Below, piece by piece: positions 27,369 to 41,777 of a DNA stretch of 64,000 bases. Position numbers and translations under genes: made by a program. How positions within the stretch are numbered: position 1 is the first letter of the stretch; the number at the start of each line of letters is the position of its first letter. The notes beneath the pieces are model-generated. The model did not search any database and was not told the origin of the DNA. It saw only the letters and a program-made list of their open reading frames with translations. Source of the DNA: Lama guanicoe (Eukaryota); contig MU053810.1 in NCBI GenBank assembly GCA_013239625.1, positions 4,372,071 through 4,436,070 on the forward strand. Direction: 5' to 3'.

Positions 27369-28019
27369 CAGATGAATTTTCATTCAGATGAATTTTTTTG
27401 TTCAGCTCTGGCCATGTGTCCAGCATTGCCCTGGAAACGGCATGGCTCCTACCCTCGGAAAGCTTACAGTCTCCCTGGGGATCAGACAGAATAACAGAAG
27501 AGCCAGCTCCCTGGCACTCTGTTAGCTTTTAGGGAGTAACTGGTCAATTTGGAAAATGAAAGAAGAAACAGTAGAGTCATTTCTGGAACCATGATATGTT
27601 CATAATTTCAGATTTTTGGGTCATACTCCTCAAGTGAAGTTTCTACCTTGTCAATTCCATTACAGCCAAATAGGGATAAACGGCTTCCCCACTATTAACA
27701 GAGCATTTTCCCCTTTTCCTAAAGTGTTCGTTCTTTTCTCAGTAGTATTTAGTATTTTCTTAGGACGTCTTGCAAATATATGACACTCGGGAACAGAGCA
27801 CAAGTGGAGACGGTAATCTCTGGACTGTCTCATAAAAGCATTTGAGAAGTTTGGAAGAACACTGAGTTTTTCCATTGAAACAGCAATAAAATAATATCAC
27901 TGTGTTATGAACTAGGTGCTGCCTTCTTGCCTTATGTATCTTAATTTTAGTTAGTTAGGAACAGCAAAATTGAGCCCCGAGTTTCTGGCAAGGTTATGCA
28001 TGTGGTTGAGTGCGCTCAG

Positions 28020-28220
28020 CACAGGATAGGGATTTATAAACTCTGAATCCTGGTCCCCGGTCTGTTACTGACTTTGGGAAAGTCATTTAACCTCTTGTTT
28101 CTTATTTCTCTGGAGTAAAATGGAAGTAATAGAATAGCCCATCTCGCTGGGAGGCTGTGATTAATGTCACAAACGATGGAAATACACTTTGCAAATTCAA
28201 GTGTCATTGCAGTGCTGATG
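28020..28220 (+). mobile_element. MIR SINE
   Basis: tgactttgggaaagtcatttaacctcttg...gtaaaatggaagtaatag. Confidence 0.7.
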
Positions 28221-31200
28221 TGAACCCTTACAAAGGTCATGTGTCTTGTTTCTAGAGAAGGAAGCCCTTTGCTTCCTCTTTTGCCCACCTCCATCCTCTG
28301 ACTATGTCCAGATGCTCCAATGTTACCGAGCTCTTCTTGCCTTTATGTGAAGCAGACGTATAATCATTTCCAAGACATTTAGGAAGCACTTTATCTTTAC
28401 ATCCTTCAGGAAGCAAGGACTGTGAAAGCCAAGTTATTGTAGCTGTGCTTGGACTGCTTCAAGTGCTTCAGAGTGATGGGGACGGTGTGGAGTTTGGGAA
28501 CACAGGGACAAGGTGGCTTTATTATGTATAAAGGAGACAGTTTCTCTACGAGAGAAGGAGAGAATTGGACCAGTACTTCTTGCAATGGGTTTCTCCTCAC
28601 TAGGCAGAGAGCAGAAAAGCTGGAACCAGGTGATTTTCTTTTTTACTGTGTACCCAACAGCCATTACGGTACTTGACAGAAAGTAGCCACACGATAAATG
28701 TTTGTTGAAGGAAAGATAGGGGGGAAATCAGCTGGTTCACTAGGCAATGCTAATGGCCACACCAAAGTGCTTAGAAGCTGCATTTTCTATGAAGATCTAA
28801 GTAATAAAATCATCATGAAATATCAGGAAGTAATACCAATAAATTTTATCTCAATGTAGGCATAAAATTAAAATTTAGTACATTCAAAAAATGAATTTTA
28901 ACTTTCATCTTTGTTGTTCTTTGGAGGTATTTTTAGCAGTCAAAATTTTCTGTAAGCCTGAGTGCCAAGAATGCAAAAAAAAAAAAAAAGAGAGAGAGAG
29001 AGGTGCTAATTTAAACTTATACTGTGGAATTTCCAACTAAATCTAAGCCACTCAGAGGGGAAAATGTAATTTCAGTCAGATGGATTTTATTCTTGTTTAT
29101 CCCTAAGCATCCAAAATATTTTAAAAAGTAAAGGTATGAGAGGAAATGCAAATATCTTCAAAACTTACTGTTATTTCTCAGAAGCCCAGCGTTACTTGAG
29201 AATTGAAAAACAGCATAGCTTGGTAGTCTAATCTTTTTCAAATGTAGAAGTGATTCCCAAGTCTCACCTACAGATGATTTGTACTGGGATTTCAGCAGTT
29301 CATTCTTTCAGCGTTTTCTTGAAAAGAAACAGCCACATTTCAAGACTTCTACCAACTTAGAGAAAGTTCCCTCATGAAAGGAACAAAGAACTTAGTATTA
29401 TTTCGGGAGAAGAGTTACCACGTGTTACCCAAAAACTATTGTTGAAAAGAAAATAGATTTTTGCTGGGAAGAAAATGTAGGTTTACAGCCATTTTCAAAA
29501 GAAATGCTTTGGGGTTTTTTTCTTTTTTTTTTTAATGACTTGGATCCATATTCAGTAAAGAACTTTGTTAATCATTTTTTCTAATTACTTAGGCTAACTC
29601 ATATTTGATGAGAAAAAATTATATTGTGAAGACTGCAGGAAACTGTAAGTTGCTCTCCCATGTAATTAGTTTGTTCTGGGAGCTCATTTTTATTACAAAA
29701 ATAATTTGTGGTAGGTAGTTATGAAGGGAGGGGCTCAAGCTGGAAGGCTTCGGGGTAATATTTCCTACATGAAAACTTCTCTACCATGACAATTCATTTT
29801 ATTCCTTAGAAGTCAAACAAATACCTTATATCTAATTTCAAATAAACAGACTTAACAAGCTCAGGCACTCGACTGACAGTTTTTGGGGGGCATTCCATTC
29901 ATAAAGGAATTCAAGGCATCAGGCATCAGTGGCCATGTAGTTCCTCCAAAGTACCTGTTTCTGGGGGTCCTGTTTCTCTTTCTTGATTCTCTCTCCCTCC
30001 CGGTGCAAAATTGCTGGCATGGGAGATACAGAGAATGCCAGAGGATGGAGGGAGGGGGAAGCCATGTCCATCCCTGAGTGACTGTCCTTTGGGGAAATTG
30101 ACTGCTTTTGTGCATGGTTCTCTGAGTCCAGGAGGAAAATGGGGAGATGCTTTCATTTTCTTTTCTAAAACCGATCTCTCTGCCAGTGCTGGGGATCCTA
30201 CCCATACCAAATGCCAGGAATTTTCCCTCAACTATTTTCAATTTTATCGTACATTTGGCTCTTTCTTTTTTGCCTTCAAACATCAGTTCATTTGTATTTA
30301 AATTTAAAAAAAAAAGGACTTAATCTTCCCAAAGTCTTCAAATAAAAATTCTCTCTCTGCTGCTTCTCTCTTTTGGGATCTACTTTCTGACTATTATGTC
30401 CTTTGCAGTCCAGCCCTATTCTGAAATACCTTTATTTCTAACATGTTAATACGATAAAATCAAACCTCAACACAGAAAAGAGCCTCAAGAGATGATCTGA
30501 TCTCCATCCATAGCTTCAGGCATCAGTGGCCATGCATTTTACCCCCAGGGAACCTTTTTCTAGGATTTCATTTCCCTCTTCTACATCACTCTATCTCCCG
30601 GTGCCAACTTGACTATGAGGGAGGTAACCATGCTCTGTCTCTATCTGGAGTGATTCCCCATTTTTAAGACAAAGTGCTGGCCAACAGCCAAGGGAGGTCG
30701 TGTCTTTGGATAAATCTTAAGGTGCTGTCTCATGCTTTTCAGTCTTTCAACTGTATTTGATACAGTTGAAAGGCCAGTTGGGTTTCCATGACACTGTGTT
30801 TTGAATTTAATTTTGAATAAAAAGGAAGAATTGGTTAGGGATCTGGACTCTTATAAAAGGTCACCATGACTCTGGATGGAAAAAAGAGCTATCATAAGCA
30901 GAGGGCCTTTTATGAGCAAAAACACAGGCATGAGTCTAATAGAGAAAGATTACTGACTTAAATACAATCCAGACTTCAGTGCAAGTTCCAGATTCATTTT
31001 TTGATTAGGGTTCTTTATTTTCACTCTGGAAATATTCCCAAGAGAAAAAGGAGGCATTGACTGAGTTACAGTAGAACAGACAATATGTTTAGCTGTGTAT
31101 TCGAATATGCAAAATTGAATCTCTTACCTTGGAATACTTTCATGGTCACATTTCTGAGAATAGTTCTGTCACTAAAATAGCCATATATAATTTTTCCAAA

Positions 31201-32500
31201 TTTTTGAAACTTTTATTCTGGCTACTAATATTAAAGAGTTGATAAGAGAACTCTGCATTGTATCTTAAAAATGAAAATATAAATAAATTAGATGGCATTG
31301 TTTTATGTGTTTGGTGGTGTTTGTTTTGTTCAGTCTGTTGGGTGATTTGAATAGGAGGATTCAGAAGAACAAGATGAAGGCTGTGTGTTTGCTCTGGGGA
31401 GAGTTCCTAATTGCAAGAAATTTCAAGAAGCTAACCTGGTCTAGGAGGCTGAGGGTTCATACACAGATTTTGAGCTGCTGAGGCCAGGCTTAAACCATGG
31501 GCAGAGCCAGCTGGGCTCTGACAATGAAGGAGCAGGAGCAGTGTGTCCAGGGCAATGTTGTTGCCATCCCTGGCCACCACCACTATGTCCAACCCTCCTG
31601 TTGTCTTTAAGACATTCCCTTGGGGTGTAGAGAGGAGCCGAGGTCACCTCCCTGGGCCCTGGCTGCCAGGATGGCTGAAAAATGATGAGGGGAAAGGAGA
31701 GGAAAATATTGGACTCTTCCAGCTTCCTTAGATTGGAGGATGAAGGGACAGATTCTCTCAACAAGTCTGTACAGTGGAGAGAATTTCCCAAGAATAGAAA
31801 GAGGGCTTGGATTTTGGACAGCAACCCCTACTGCCCTCCTCAACATTCATTTTACAGGGAAAATATATTAGAAGACTCTGGTTAATAAAAGTTCCATATG
31901 CCCTCTGCTGATTTATAAAGATTACTATAGAGCTCATAACACTGTTCTAAGCATGATTAATACATTGTAATAATTTCTAGCATTGTATACTTTTTAAAAA
32001 TCCATCTCAGAAAAGAATATGCCTTTATACAGTTGCCATCAGGCACTGAGGAATACAACATGCATGCTTTTCGGGGTCATGTCATTTCTGCAGCTTCAGA
32101 TATCACCCTTGTTTCACATGAAACCATCAATAGTTGGCAAAGAGTTTAAATGCTGTCTTTAATAGGAACTAAATTAACAAGACCCCCTGACCTTTATTTT
32201 CTTCAAATAGTATTTCCTTATCTCTGAATACCATGCACTACTTCACATTTAGGAGAAATCTCATGTCACATTCTTGCATTCTGTCTAGTTGGCCAACCAG
32301 TTTGGATTTCTCAAACGAGAAAATTAAACTGGTAGCCAGTGGACCAAAGGATAAATTCTGTCACAAAAGAATTGTTTTTCCCACACAGATTGTACTGGCA
32401 CAAGAGAACCCTCTGATGATTGAAATGTCAGTGGTTTATGTAAATAGAAGGATCTCAAACTTTGAAGTCAGACTGACCTGGGTTTAAATCCTGGGTCTTC

Positions 32501-33131
32501 GTATGACCCAGGAATCCTGGTCCTGGGCATATATCAGAAGGAACCCTACTTCAGGATGACACCTGCACCCCAATGTTCATAGCAGCAGTATTTACAATAG
32601 TCAAGACATGGAAACAGCCTAAATGTCCATCAACGGATGACTGGATAAAGAAGATGTGGTATATTTATACAGTGGAATACTACTCAGCCATAAAAACTGA
32701 CAACATAATGCCATTTGCAGCAACATGGATTATCCTGGAGAATGTCATTCTAAATGAAGTAAGCCAGAAAGACAAAGAAAAATACCATATGAGATTGCTC
32801 ATATGTGGAATCTAAGAAAAAAAACAAAAAAACAAAGCATAAATACAAAACAGAAATAGACTCATAGACATAGAATACAAACTTATGGTTGCCAAGGGGG
32901 TGGAGGGTGGGAAGGGATAGACGGGATTTTAAAATTGTAGAATAGATAAAGAAGATAATACTGTATACCACAGGGAAATATATACAAGATCTTATGGCAG
33001 CTCACAGAGAAAAAAATGTGACAATTAATATATATATATGTTCATGTATAACTGAAAAATTGTGCTCTACACTGGAATTTGACACAACATTGTAAAATGA
33101 TTATAAATTAATAAAAACTGTTTTTAAAAAA
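32501..33131 (+). mobile_element. Young 5'-truncated L1 (ORF2 C-terminus + 3' UTR) inserted in a MIR
   Basis: ORF2 tail MFIAAVFTIVKTWKQPKCPSTDDWIKKMW; aataaa + A tail; TSD aa[a/g]tcctgggtcttc at 32486-32500 and 33132-33146. Confidence 0.92.
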
Positions 33132-33170
33132 AAGTCCTGGGTCTTCTACTCACTAGGAATATCATTTTTT

Positions 33171-33343
33171 TAATTTTTAATTCATTTTTTATTTTATTTG
33201 GGGGGTAGTTTTTTTTTAATTTGTTTATCTTTTTTTTTAAATTGTGTACTTTATTTTATTTTTTAGTAGAGGTACTGAGGATTGGACCCAGGACCTCGTG
33301 CATGCTAGGTACACATGCTGCCACTGAACTGTACCCAGCCCCC
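33171..33343 (-). mobile_element. tRNA-derived SINE (Vic-1-like)
   Basis: gaggtactgaggattggacccaggacctcgtgcatgctagg; TSD aggaa[t/c]atcattttt. Confidence 0.85.
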
Positions 33344-33977
33344 AGGAACATCATTTTTAATCTAGAGACTCTCTTCCTTTGTCAGTAATGGGGAATGAAG
33401 TCTTCCTTTATCAAAGAGTTGTTGGTGGGATTTAAAGTAATACTAATGAGCTTAGTGGGGTGACTTATTAAAGTGACAGTGATTTTCAGTTTTCAGCATT
33501 TCATAATTTTTGTCACCTAAGTGGCCAGTGGAACTTAGCATGGGGAGTGGAAGAAATGTCACAAGCATTAATCAAAGAAAGAACCTAGAGTAAGTAAGAC
33601 TGTGCATAAAGTGTCACCATGAATTAGTAGTAGAATCAGCATTAGAACGGATGGATATAGATTCGCAGAGTTAGGGGTCTCTCTTCCATTGTAATAGCAT
33701 TTATAACTAACTGGACTCTGCACAAGAAATAACCTAACTTGTATGGACATGGCCAATATTTTAAAAGTTTAATAACCAGGGTCAAAACTGAATAATATGT
33801 TTGTGATACATTTTAACTGTGGTGTAGCTCAAGTTTTAATAACATGGTTTTTTAGAATCAATACTCAATAATGTGTTGTGACACATTTTAATTGTGTTCA
33901 ATGACCTTTTTTCATAGTTTCATCCATGGTTTTCTTTCCACATAGCAGTGTGTGTCTCTGATATTAGGAAGCATTGA

Positions 33978-34722
33978 GTTGGAGAGGGTATGGAGAGAAG
34001 GGAACCCACCTACACTGTTGGTGGGAATGTAATTGTTGCAGCCACTAAGGAAAACAGCATGGAGTTTCCTTAAAAAACTAAAAATAGAGTGACTATCTAT
34101 GATCCAGTCATCCCAATCCTGGGCATATATCTGGAGAACACTCTTAATTTGAAAAGATACATGTACCCCAATGTACATAGCAGTACTATTTCCATAGTCA
34201 AGACATGAAAGCAACCTAAATGTCCATTGACAGATGACTGGATAAAGAAGATGTAGTATATATAGACAATGGAATACTACTCAGCCATAAAAAAGAATGA
34301 AATAATGCCATTTGCAGCAATGTGAATGGATCTAGAGATGATCATACCAAGTGAAGCAAGTCAAAGACAAATATCATATGATATCGCTTACATGTGGAAA
34401 AAGTTGAAACAAAAAAAAAAGACACAAATGAATTTATTTACAAAACAGAAACAGACTCACAGACATAGAAAACAAACTTATGGTTACCAAAGGAGAAAGT
34501 GGGGTGAAGGATAAATTAGGAGTTCGGGATTAGCTGATATACGCTACTATATATAAAACAGATGAACAGCAAGGTCCTACTGTATAGCACAGGGAACTGT
34601 GTTCAATAGCTTAAAATGACCTATAATGAAAAAGGATATATATGTGTGTATAACTGAATCACTATGCTGTACACCAGAAACTAACACAACATTGTAAATC
34701 AACTATATTTCAATAAAAATAT
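33978..34722 (+). mobile_element. 5'-truncated L1 (older subfamily), 3' end
   Basis: ggagagaagggaacccacctacactgttggtgggaatgt...caaggtcctactgtatagcacagggaac...caataaaa. Confidence 0.9.
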
Positions 34723-37700
34723 ATATAGATAAAGATTGATGTGAACAAATTTCCACTTAGGGAAATGTTGTCCTAAAGGATTGTACTATTCTGTGTGCAC
34801 TCAGCTCACTGACATCAACTTAACACCAGAGCATCCAGCAGCAGAGAAATCTGCTGACTCTAGGGGAAGATGGCAAAATCAAGTTCTATTTTCTGGGGCT
34901 CCTCAATGGTCCTGGAATCTTCCTCTGCCTATGGGGTGCCTGTTGATCTCATTCATAATTTCAGTATCTTTATGTTGGGCCACTCATGTACTTTGGTGGC
35001 CCAGCCTCCTGCTTCCAGTCCTCACCCCACAGTTATCTCCCACTTGGCATAGGGGTGGGATCCAGGCATCTCTGTGCACCAGGCTCTTCAAATGATACAG
35101 CAATCACAGCTGCCCGTCCCTCCGACAGTGGGAGCAGAGGGACAAGTCAGAGATGGCTCAGCCTTTCATTCAGCCTCTCTGATTCTCAGTTGGCCTCCCC
35201 TGGTTCCTTTCTGCATACTGTATGTAAGGCTGCTCTTATTTTCATGGCTGATCTAGTTTGATGTGTGTATGTTCCTTGGTAGTGTCTAACTAACGCTTTG
35301 TGGAAACTGTAAGTTAAAACCTCTAACTGTGGGCATCTTGTCCAAAGGTGTGCATGGGATTACAAGGCATTCTGTGCTGTGCATCACACATGTAATGTAC
35401 TCTGTTCAGCCTATGTTTTTTAAATCAACATGAAGCTTTAATTACTCAGCAGTTACTTGGTGGAAACCATGACATTATTATTTGTATTTTTCAGATGGAG
35501 AGACTGCGGCCCTAAATTTGTCCTGGTTGCCCTGAGCACTGTGTGTCCTGGAGCCAGAGCTGGAGCCCCAATCCAGAGCCCCTGGGTATCGCCCAAGAGG
35601 ACTGCACTGCTTATCTGTGGAGGACTCTTGCTCCTCATTTTCTTTCTGGGTAGGTCTATCTTGCTATTAAATCATAAAGTGAGCATTTATCATCTTGACT
35701 GTGAACGAGTTATGAGCTAAAGTCCTTTCTATAAAACTTGGCTTCTGTTAATTCCTCGCTGAGCCCAGTGGAGCAAAATATCTGAGTTGAACCAAGAACT
35801 CTTCCTCCAATGTGAATTCATTCTGAAATGCAGCTCTTCTGTTTTTTGGGTTTTTTAGCCACCCTTTCGTTGAGCTTGCAGGCAGTGTCATCGACATAGG
35901 TGTTACTTTTCAGGCTCTGTTTCACGTTTACTTATATGCCTGTCTTTGTGTTCAGACTCTGGCTTGAAGCCACCATAATGACTAAAGAATAAGAGAGTGT
36001 TCAAAGGTTATGAACGTTTGGCAAGCAATCCGTGGACCTCTGTAGGTATCTGATAACTCTGTGTCTATGGAGTGGGCAGAATGAATCAAAAATAAGATCC
36101 CTTTTAGGCCTTCCCAGTGATATGACTTTGATCAAAGTCAGGGTCCCACAAAAGCAGCAAAATTAACTTGCCAGTTTCACTGAGGTTCTTTTGCTTTGCC
36201 CAAATCAGCTTACTTAGGTGGACTTGAGAGGGTCACAACGGTGGGATGACCAAATTGACCCCCACCTTCGGCTGTACTCCTTTGGCCCCAAATATGATCA
36301 TAAATCCACCAGTTGAATATTTTATACTCATAAAAGTGATTTCTATTTTGAGTTTTCTCCCATGACAGAGGGCCTCATACATCCTTCTCCATTCTGACAC
36401 CACATTGTAAAATTCTGATATTTGATCCAGCGGAAGCTAGGAAAGAGAGTAGAAGGATCCTGTGCCATTACAGTCTTTATTCAACTTGGGTCTGCTTCAG
36501 TGAGCACCGTGAATCAATGCTCAGCCACACCACCCGTTACCCGAGAACAGACATGTCAGGAAGCACATACCCACACACCCCCAAGAACTCTAGAGTCACT
36601 GGCAAAGTAGGCATTGAACTTCGTTTCAACAACTTCAGAATCAGGAATTCGTGGCTTCTGGGTTTCTACCAGCTCTGATGCGGGGAATTCACTGAGGAAT
36701 ACAAGGTCACACTTGCAAAACAGCTTGTGAATTCAAGGCACCAAGGAGGACGTACCCCTTCCTTCTGTAAATGGACCGTGTTGGTGGAACCCCATCAAAT
36801 AAAAGGTGCATGTGGATGCTGGATTTTGTACAGCTAGTGAGCTGGTTAGTAGGTCCTGTTTACTCTCAGCCAGAAGCTGAACTGGCCTCAGAAAGGGAGG
36901 TGGGGAGTCCTCTTAGCTCCCGGTGATTTACTCTGATTTCCCTTTGTAGGCATACGGAGTCGATTTTCTACTGTCTCTATAAATACTGTTGTGTCTGTCT
37001 CTCTGCCAAACTGGCTACCTTTCTCACCCCAGGGAGAAGCCAGAGATCAGACATTCCTACGCTGAAGCCCCATTAGACACCATAAGGGGAGGGACCAGAT
37101 TTGGCAGTCAAAATGATGTGTGTATCTGAACCTTGAAAGAGCCAGGCTAAACTTAGAGTCAGTGGGCTGCCATAAATAAACTGTGCTCCTCTCTCTTTGT
37201 GTGGTTTGGACTGGAATGCCTTTCTCTTTAGAGTTGTACAAGCAGCCAGAGATCAAAGAGTCAACCGTTTATGGATGCGTAGTTCATTACAAAGTCATCG
37301 TGCTCAGCGGGAGGACGCTGGCCAAAGCACTAATAATTTTCTCCTATTGCTCTTTTGTTGCATAGATTGGGGTTGGAGGGCATTCAGAGAATTTGTGGCT
37401 ACTTTAAGTAACTTAAAAAAAAAAAGAGTCGAGATGAAAATTCAGTTTCAAAGGAGGGTTAAAACTTAACTGGCATCTTTTTAGGGTATGGAATGTGGTA
37501 GGAGGGAAGAGGAAGTAAAGAAATTGACCCATTACCCCATGGAATGTGGTTTAAGAAGAATAATAGAAGGCAGAACAGTATACTGTGTAATTGACTTGCC
37601 CTTGGGTCAACATTATGGAGCGCCTTTGATAAGCAGAGCAGAACATATACAGGGATTTTTTTTTAAGCCCAAACTGGATAATGTATTTGAAAAACAGGCT

Positions 37701-37799
37701 TTGAACTAGTTTGCTAGAACGTAAAGAATAAATGTGTTTTAAATTATAGCACTGGTGATGTTAACAATCCCCGGATTGTGGATAATCACAATGATTCAA

Positions 37800-38030
37800 A
37801 ATAATACCCACTATTTATTCAACGTCTACTGTGTGCGCGTGCTGTGCAGTGAATGTGATATCTTTTAATCCTCCCAGCCACGCATAGGGAGGTGTTTTAT
37901 CCCCACTTACGCACAGGGAAACGGGGCTCCACAAAGTTTAAGTGCATTGCTCAAGGTCATTCAGTCACTAAGTGGTAAAGCCCAGGATTGGAACTGAACT
38001 CTGGGATGAGTCAGAAACAATGGCCACTTG
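37800..38030 (-). mobile_element. MIR SINE
   Basis: ttatccccacttacgcacagggaaacggggctc...tgctcaaggtcat. Confidence 0.75.
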
Positions 38031-40509
38031 GCCTATAGTTGGTGTTTCTGGCTCCTCATTCCTCCTCTGGCCTCTGGTGCAGGAGTTACTGGAGCTCTTT
38101 TGCTTCCTGAGCTGGGGCACTTTCCAGCCGGGATCCGTCATCCCCAAGTCCCGCTCTCTCGCCTTCCCAGTTCCCTCAGTCCTGCCCTGGCTTCTCAAAC
38201 TTCCACTGATCACACACAGGCCTTTTGCAGCGAGCAACCCCTAGAATGAGTGATGAAGAAGGTGCTTAAAGGAAGTACTTTGTCAAGTCTGTCATCCTTT
38301 TCAAGGGTAATGAGGGGCCCTTGCTGGACGTGTTGCTTAACTTGTGTACCACATGTGAAAGACTTTCTTTGAAAGACAACTCAAGACACTGAATGAGTCT
38401 GTCTGTCCACAGGCGGTCAGACTTGATCACTGACACCTTGTACAACCTAACCTATTGCATAAGTAAGGTCCCTGATCTGGTGTTTTCGCCTGGATATCGG
38501 GGACCACATACTACTAGAATAACTCCTATCACATGTTTGATTAATTACAGGTATAGGCGAAGAACCTTTCCTCAAGTGTACTATTTTTGCAGGAATCATG
38601 TTCTAGTTTTCCCATACTTTATGTTACTTTAATTTTAATCAAAACTGAACTATGTGAATTTAAAAAAAAAAAGGGGGTGTGTGGTACAGTGCAAAGAACT
38701 CAGTGAAGAGAGTCAATATAAAGTCTCAATGGCTGTGTATTCTGAGAGCCTTTGTCCTTGTACGAATAAAACCTGCATCAGAGGGCTGCCACTCGATCAA
38801 ATAATTCAGATGATGGGGAAACTACAACCCTCTACAACTCTTATCTTCTTTCTGTTCTTTTCCTTGTTATTACCTTTTGTTCAGCCCATCTCTTCATGCT
38901 GCTTTAAAAAAATAGTTCCAAAGGGTCAGAAATAGAGGTAAATGATTGATTCTTTTTCACCAATTTAATTGAAAAGCAATTGAGAGCATGATCAAAAATC
39001 CTGACTCTTCCCCCCACCTCTGAGTTTTCTTGAAAGATTTCACACGTGCAGTGTAAGAAATTGTGAGTCAGCCTTCTCCAATCCTGACTTTAAGAATTGC
39101 AGAAATCATCTGCCAGGCAGCACATATGTTCTTAGTTCCATGAGAGGAAGAAAACACATTTTGCTGAAAAGAAATGGAAATTTTAAAACCAGTTGAGTTG
39201 TAATAAAGACACTTTGAATTTTGCTAACTTCTTTTTCTCTCTGGTGCCTGACTGTTTTTCTGGCCCTGGACAGTTTCTCCTGCTTATGAGGCATCTGTCA
39301 CCCCAAACACTCTCTCCCTGGGGTGTGGGCTCCAGCTGGCCATGGAGGGCAGGCATGGAAAATGTAGAATGACCAAGAGATGGGATTATGATGAAGAAAT
39401 AATAAATCTACAGCAACCCCTGCTTAAATGCAAGGCACTCAAAGGCTGTAAATCTGTTCTCTTATTAAGACCTTGTAACAATTTGATGTGATAATAAACT
39501 TTGATAATAAACTCCAGTCTGCTGTTGAGGGAACATGGTCTTAGCAGACAAAGTCACTTGGCCAAGGTCACACAGCAGGTGAGCCAGGCAGAGGTAAATA
39601 ATAAAGTGTAGCATTACTTTAGGGAGCTCCAGGTGTATGGAGAGGTATCTCCTTAAGTTCTTCTGGGCAGTTGTCTTCAAGGAAAGCATTCTTCTGACCC
39701 CCTAACATCCTAAAGAACAGACTGCTGGCAAGTACTGTTGCTTCTATGTTAACCTGGTAGAAGCCAGATTCCAACAAGTTGTGGGTTTCTCTTGAAGCAA
39801 AAGAAATCAGTTATAGGGGAAATGAAACTCTAGACTCAGTGCTCTACTTAAGAAATCTGACGCTCATTTCATGTTGCTTTTTGCCGTGCTTCGCCTCTCA
39901 CTGAAGCCGTTCTGTTCCCCGGTAATTGGTATTTGGTTGGTCTTGTGGTTTGTCAATCGGCATGTTTTCATTCTATAAATTGTGTAAGTAAGAATTGATG
40001 CAATGGAAGATCCGAGGCAGCCTCGGCCACAAAACAAAGGCTTTTCTAAACCAGCATTTCTCCCATAACATCTGGGCAGATGTCTCATGTGGGTTTCTTT
40101 CCCCAAGTATCCAATGGCATGATTCTCTTTTCAGACGGAATTTTCTTTGACCAAAAAAAAAAGTAAAGAAAAAAAAGGAAGAAACATTTCTATGTTTGAC
40201 TAGAAAATCTCAAGGCAACTTGGAAAACACGTTGAAAACTTATTTCCATTTTGTGATCTAAAGCAGACCTAAGGTGTCTCTGCAGACAGGAGGTGCCAGT
40301 TGCAAGTCTGCTGTGAGTCCCTGGAGGAAAGGATCATGTTGACTTCCTGGGAATTTTTCAGGGTTCACCATCACAAAGAACTTTTGAAACATGGCTTGAA
40401 ACGTCCATGAAAACGGTCACCGATGGAAGACACTTTATTGAATCCTCCAAGGTGTTGCCTGTAAAAGACTATGCAATGATTTTGCTGGTCTGCCTTCATA
40501 TCTGTTTTG

Positions 40510-40845
40510 TTAGGGAAATTAAAAGTCACTGCTATAACAAGCAAGCTCAAAATCTCAGTAGCTTAAAACAATGAAGATTTGCTTATTGCTCATGTCATAG
40601 TTGTGTAAGTGTCAATTAGCTTCTCTGGGGGTTCTCCTTTAAATTGTTTATTCCACCCTATAGCTTCCCCAGTCTCAGAGGAAAAGAAAGAATTTGTAAG
40701 GTATCTGGGAAGGTTTAGGGCCAGGGCTCAAAATAGCAACATGGTTTCTACTCATATTCTTTAGGCCAGAATCTCCTCCTTAGGTCACAGCTGTAACTTG
40801 TAACTTCAGAGTATCCTGGGAGGTGTTGTTTTCCTGTTTGCATGG
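40510..40845. mobile_element. Old MaLR LTR (MLT1J/K-like)
   Basis: gctataacaagcaagctcaaaatctcagtagcttaaaacaa; ttctactcatattctttaggccagaa. Confidence 0.6.
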
Positions 40846-41244
40846 AGAAAAGAAGATATGCTTTCTTGATTCTTCAGAGATAATAGTTTTCAAGTTCCCA
40901 GTACACTCAGTTTATTTCTTAGCATGCCATTAACTGGAGTTAACAATTTATTATAATTTATGGGCACCATCTGACACCATAATTTTTGTGTTATCTCATG
41001 CACAGTTGAGGTGATCCAAGTCTTCCATGAAGCTTCCCTGACCATCTCACCACACCCCGTAGTGATACTCTTACCTATGATGTTACAGTGGCATTTAGCA
41101 AATAATCTTCATAGTCTTTATTCTTTCTACCTGTTGTATCTATTATCTTCCTATTAGACTCTTAGCTTCTTGCCTATAATAGTACAGTATAGTGTAGAAT
41201 AGTCTTGTACAGAACCATATCATTGTATACATTGTATTGCACAG

Positions 41245-41490
41245 TATTTAAGGACATAAGCTCCTGCAAGAGTTTGAATCCTGGTTTCCTTACTTCCTAG
41301 CTATTTACCTTACCTAATTTTTCAACCTCTTTGTACCTCAGCTCCCTTACTAAAAAATAAACGTGGTAAGTACACACCTCATATATTTGATATGAAAATT
41401 GCACATAAGATATGTAAAGCACTGAGAGCAGTGAGCATTTAAAACATGCCTAGTGAGTCCTTAAGAAAACGTTAAATATAATTACTGATA
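41245..41490 (+). mobile_element. MIR SINE
   Basis: gtttgaatcctgg...acttcctagct...aacctctttgtacctcag...atatgtaaagcact. Confidence 0.65.
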
Positions 41491-41777
41491 CAATGAAGAA
41501 CTATCATGTTAAGTTCTTGAATCCTCTACTGTAGCTAGCATAGATCCGCCCACATAAGTCACAATAAAGGTTTCCTAAAATAAATAATGAATATATTTGA
41601 TTGATGAAGTAGTCTTCTACGTCCACATAAAAATCCTTCCTCAATATATTTCCTCCAGTTCCACACAGATGCCAACATTAGGGTATAATCTTTTTATTTA
41701 TAATTAGGAATCAAGCTTCAAGTGGCTAATTTTTTCTTTTAAACAATGTAATACACTGAATTTTAAGTGAAACACTT

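Noticed and set aside
32573..32815. Similar ORFs here and at 42081-42323 and 56137-56421 suggesting a repeated gene
   Set aside because: These are C-terminal L1 ORF2 fragments of 5'-truncated copies.
33790..33900. Two copies of a ~30-bp AT-rich motif about 77 bp apart (array-like)
   Set aside because: Only two imperfect units; a minor local duplication. No CRISPR-like or other regular array was seen anywhere in the window.
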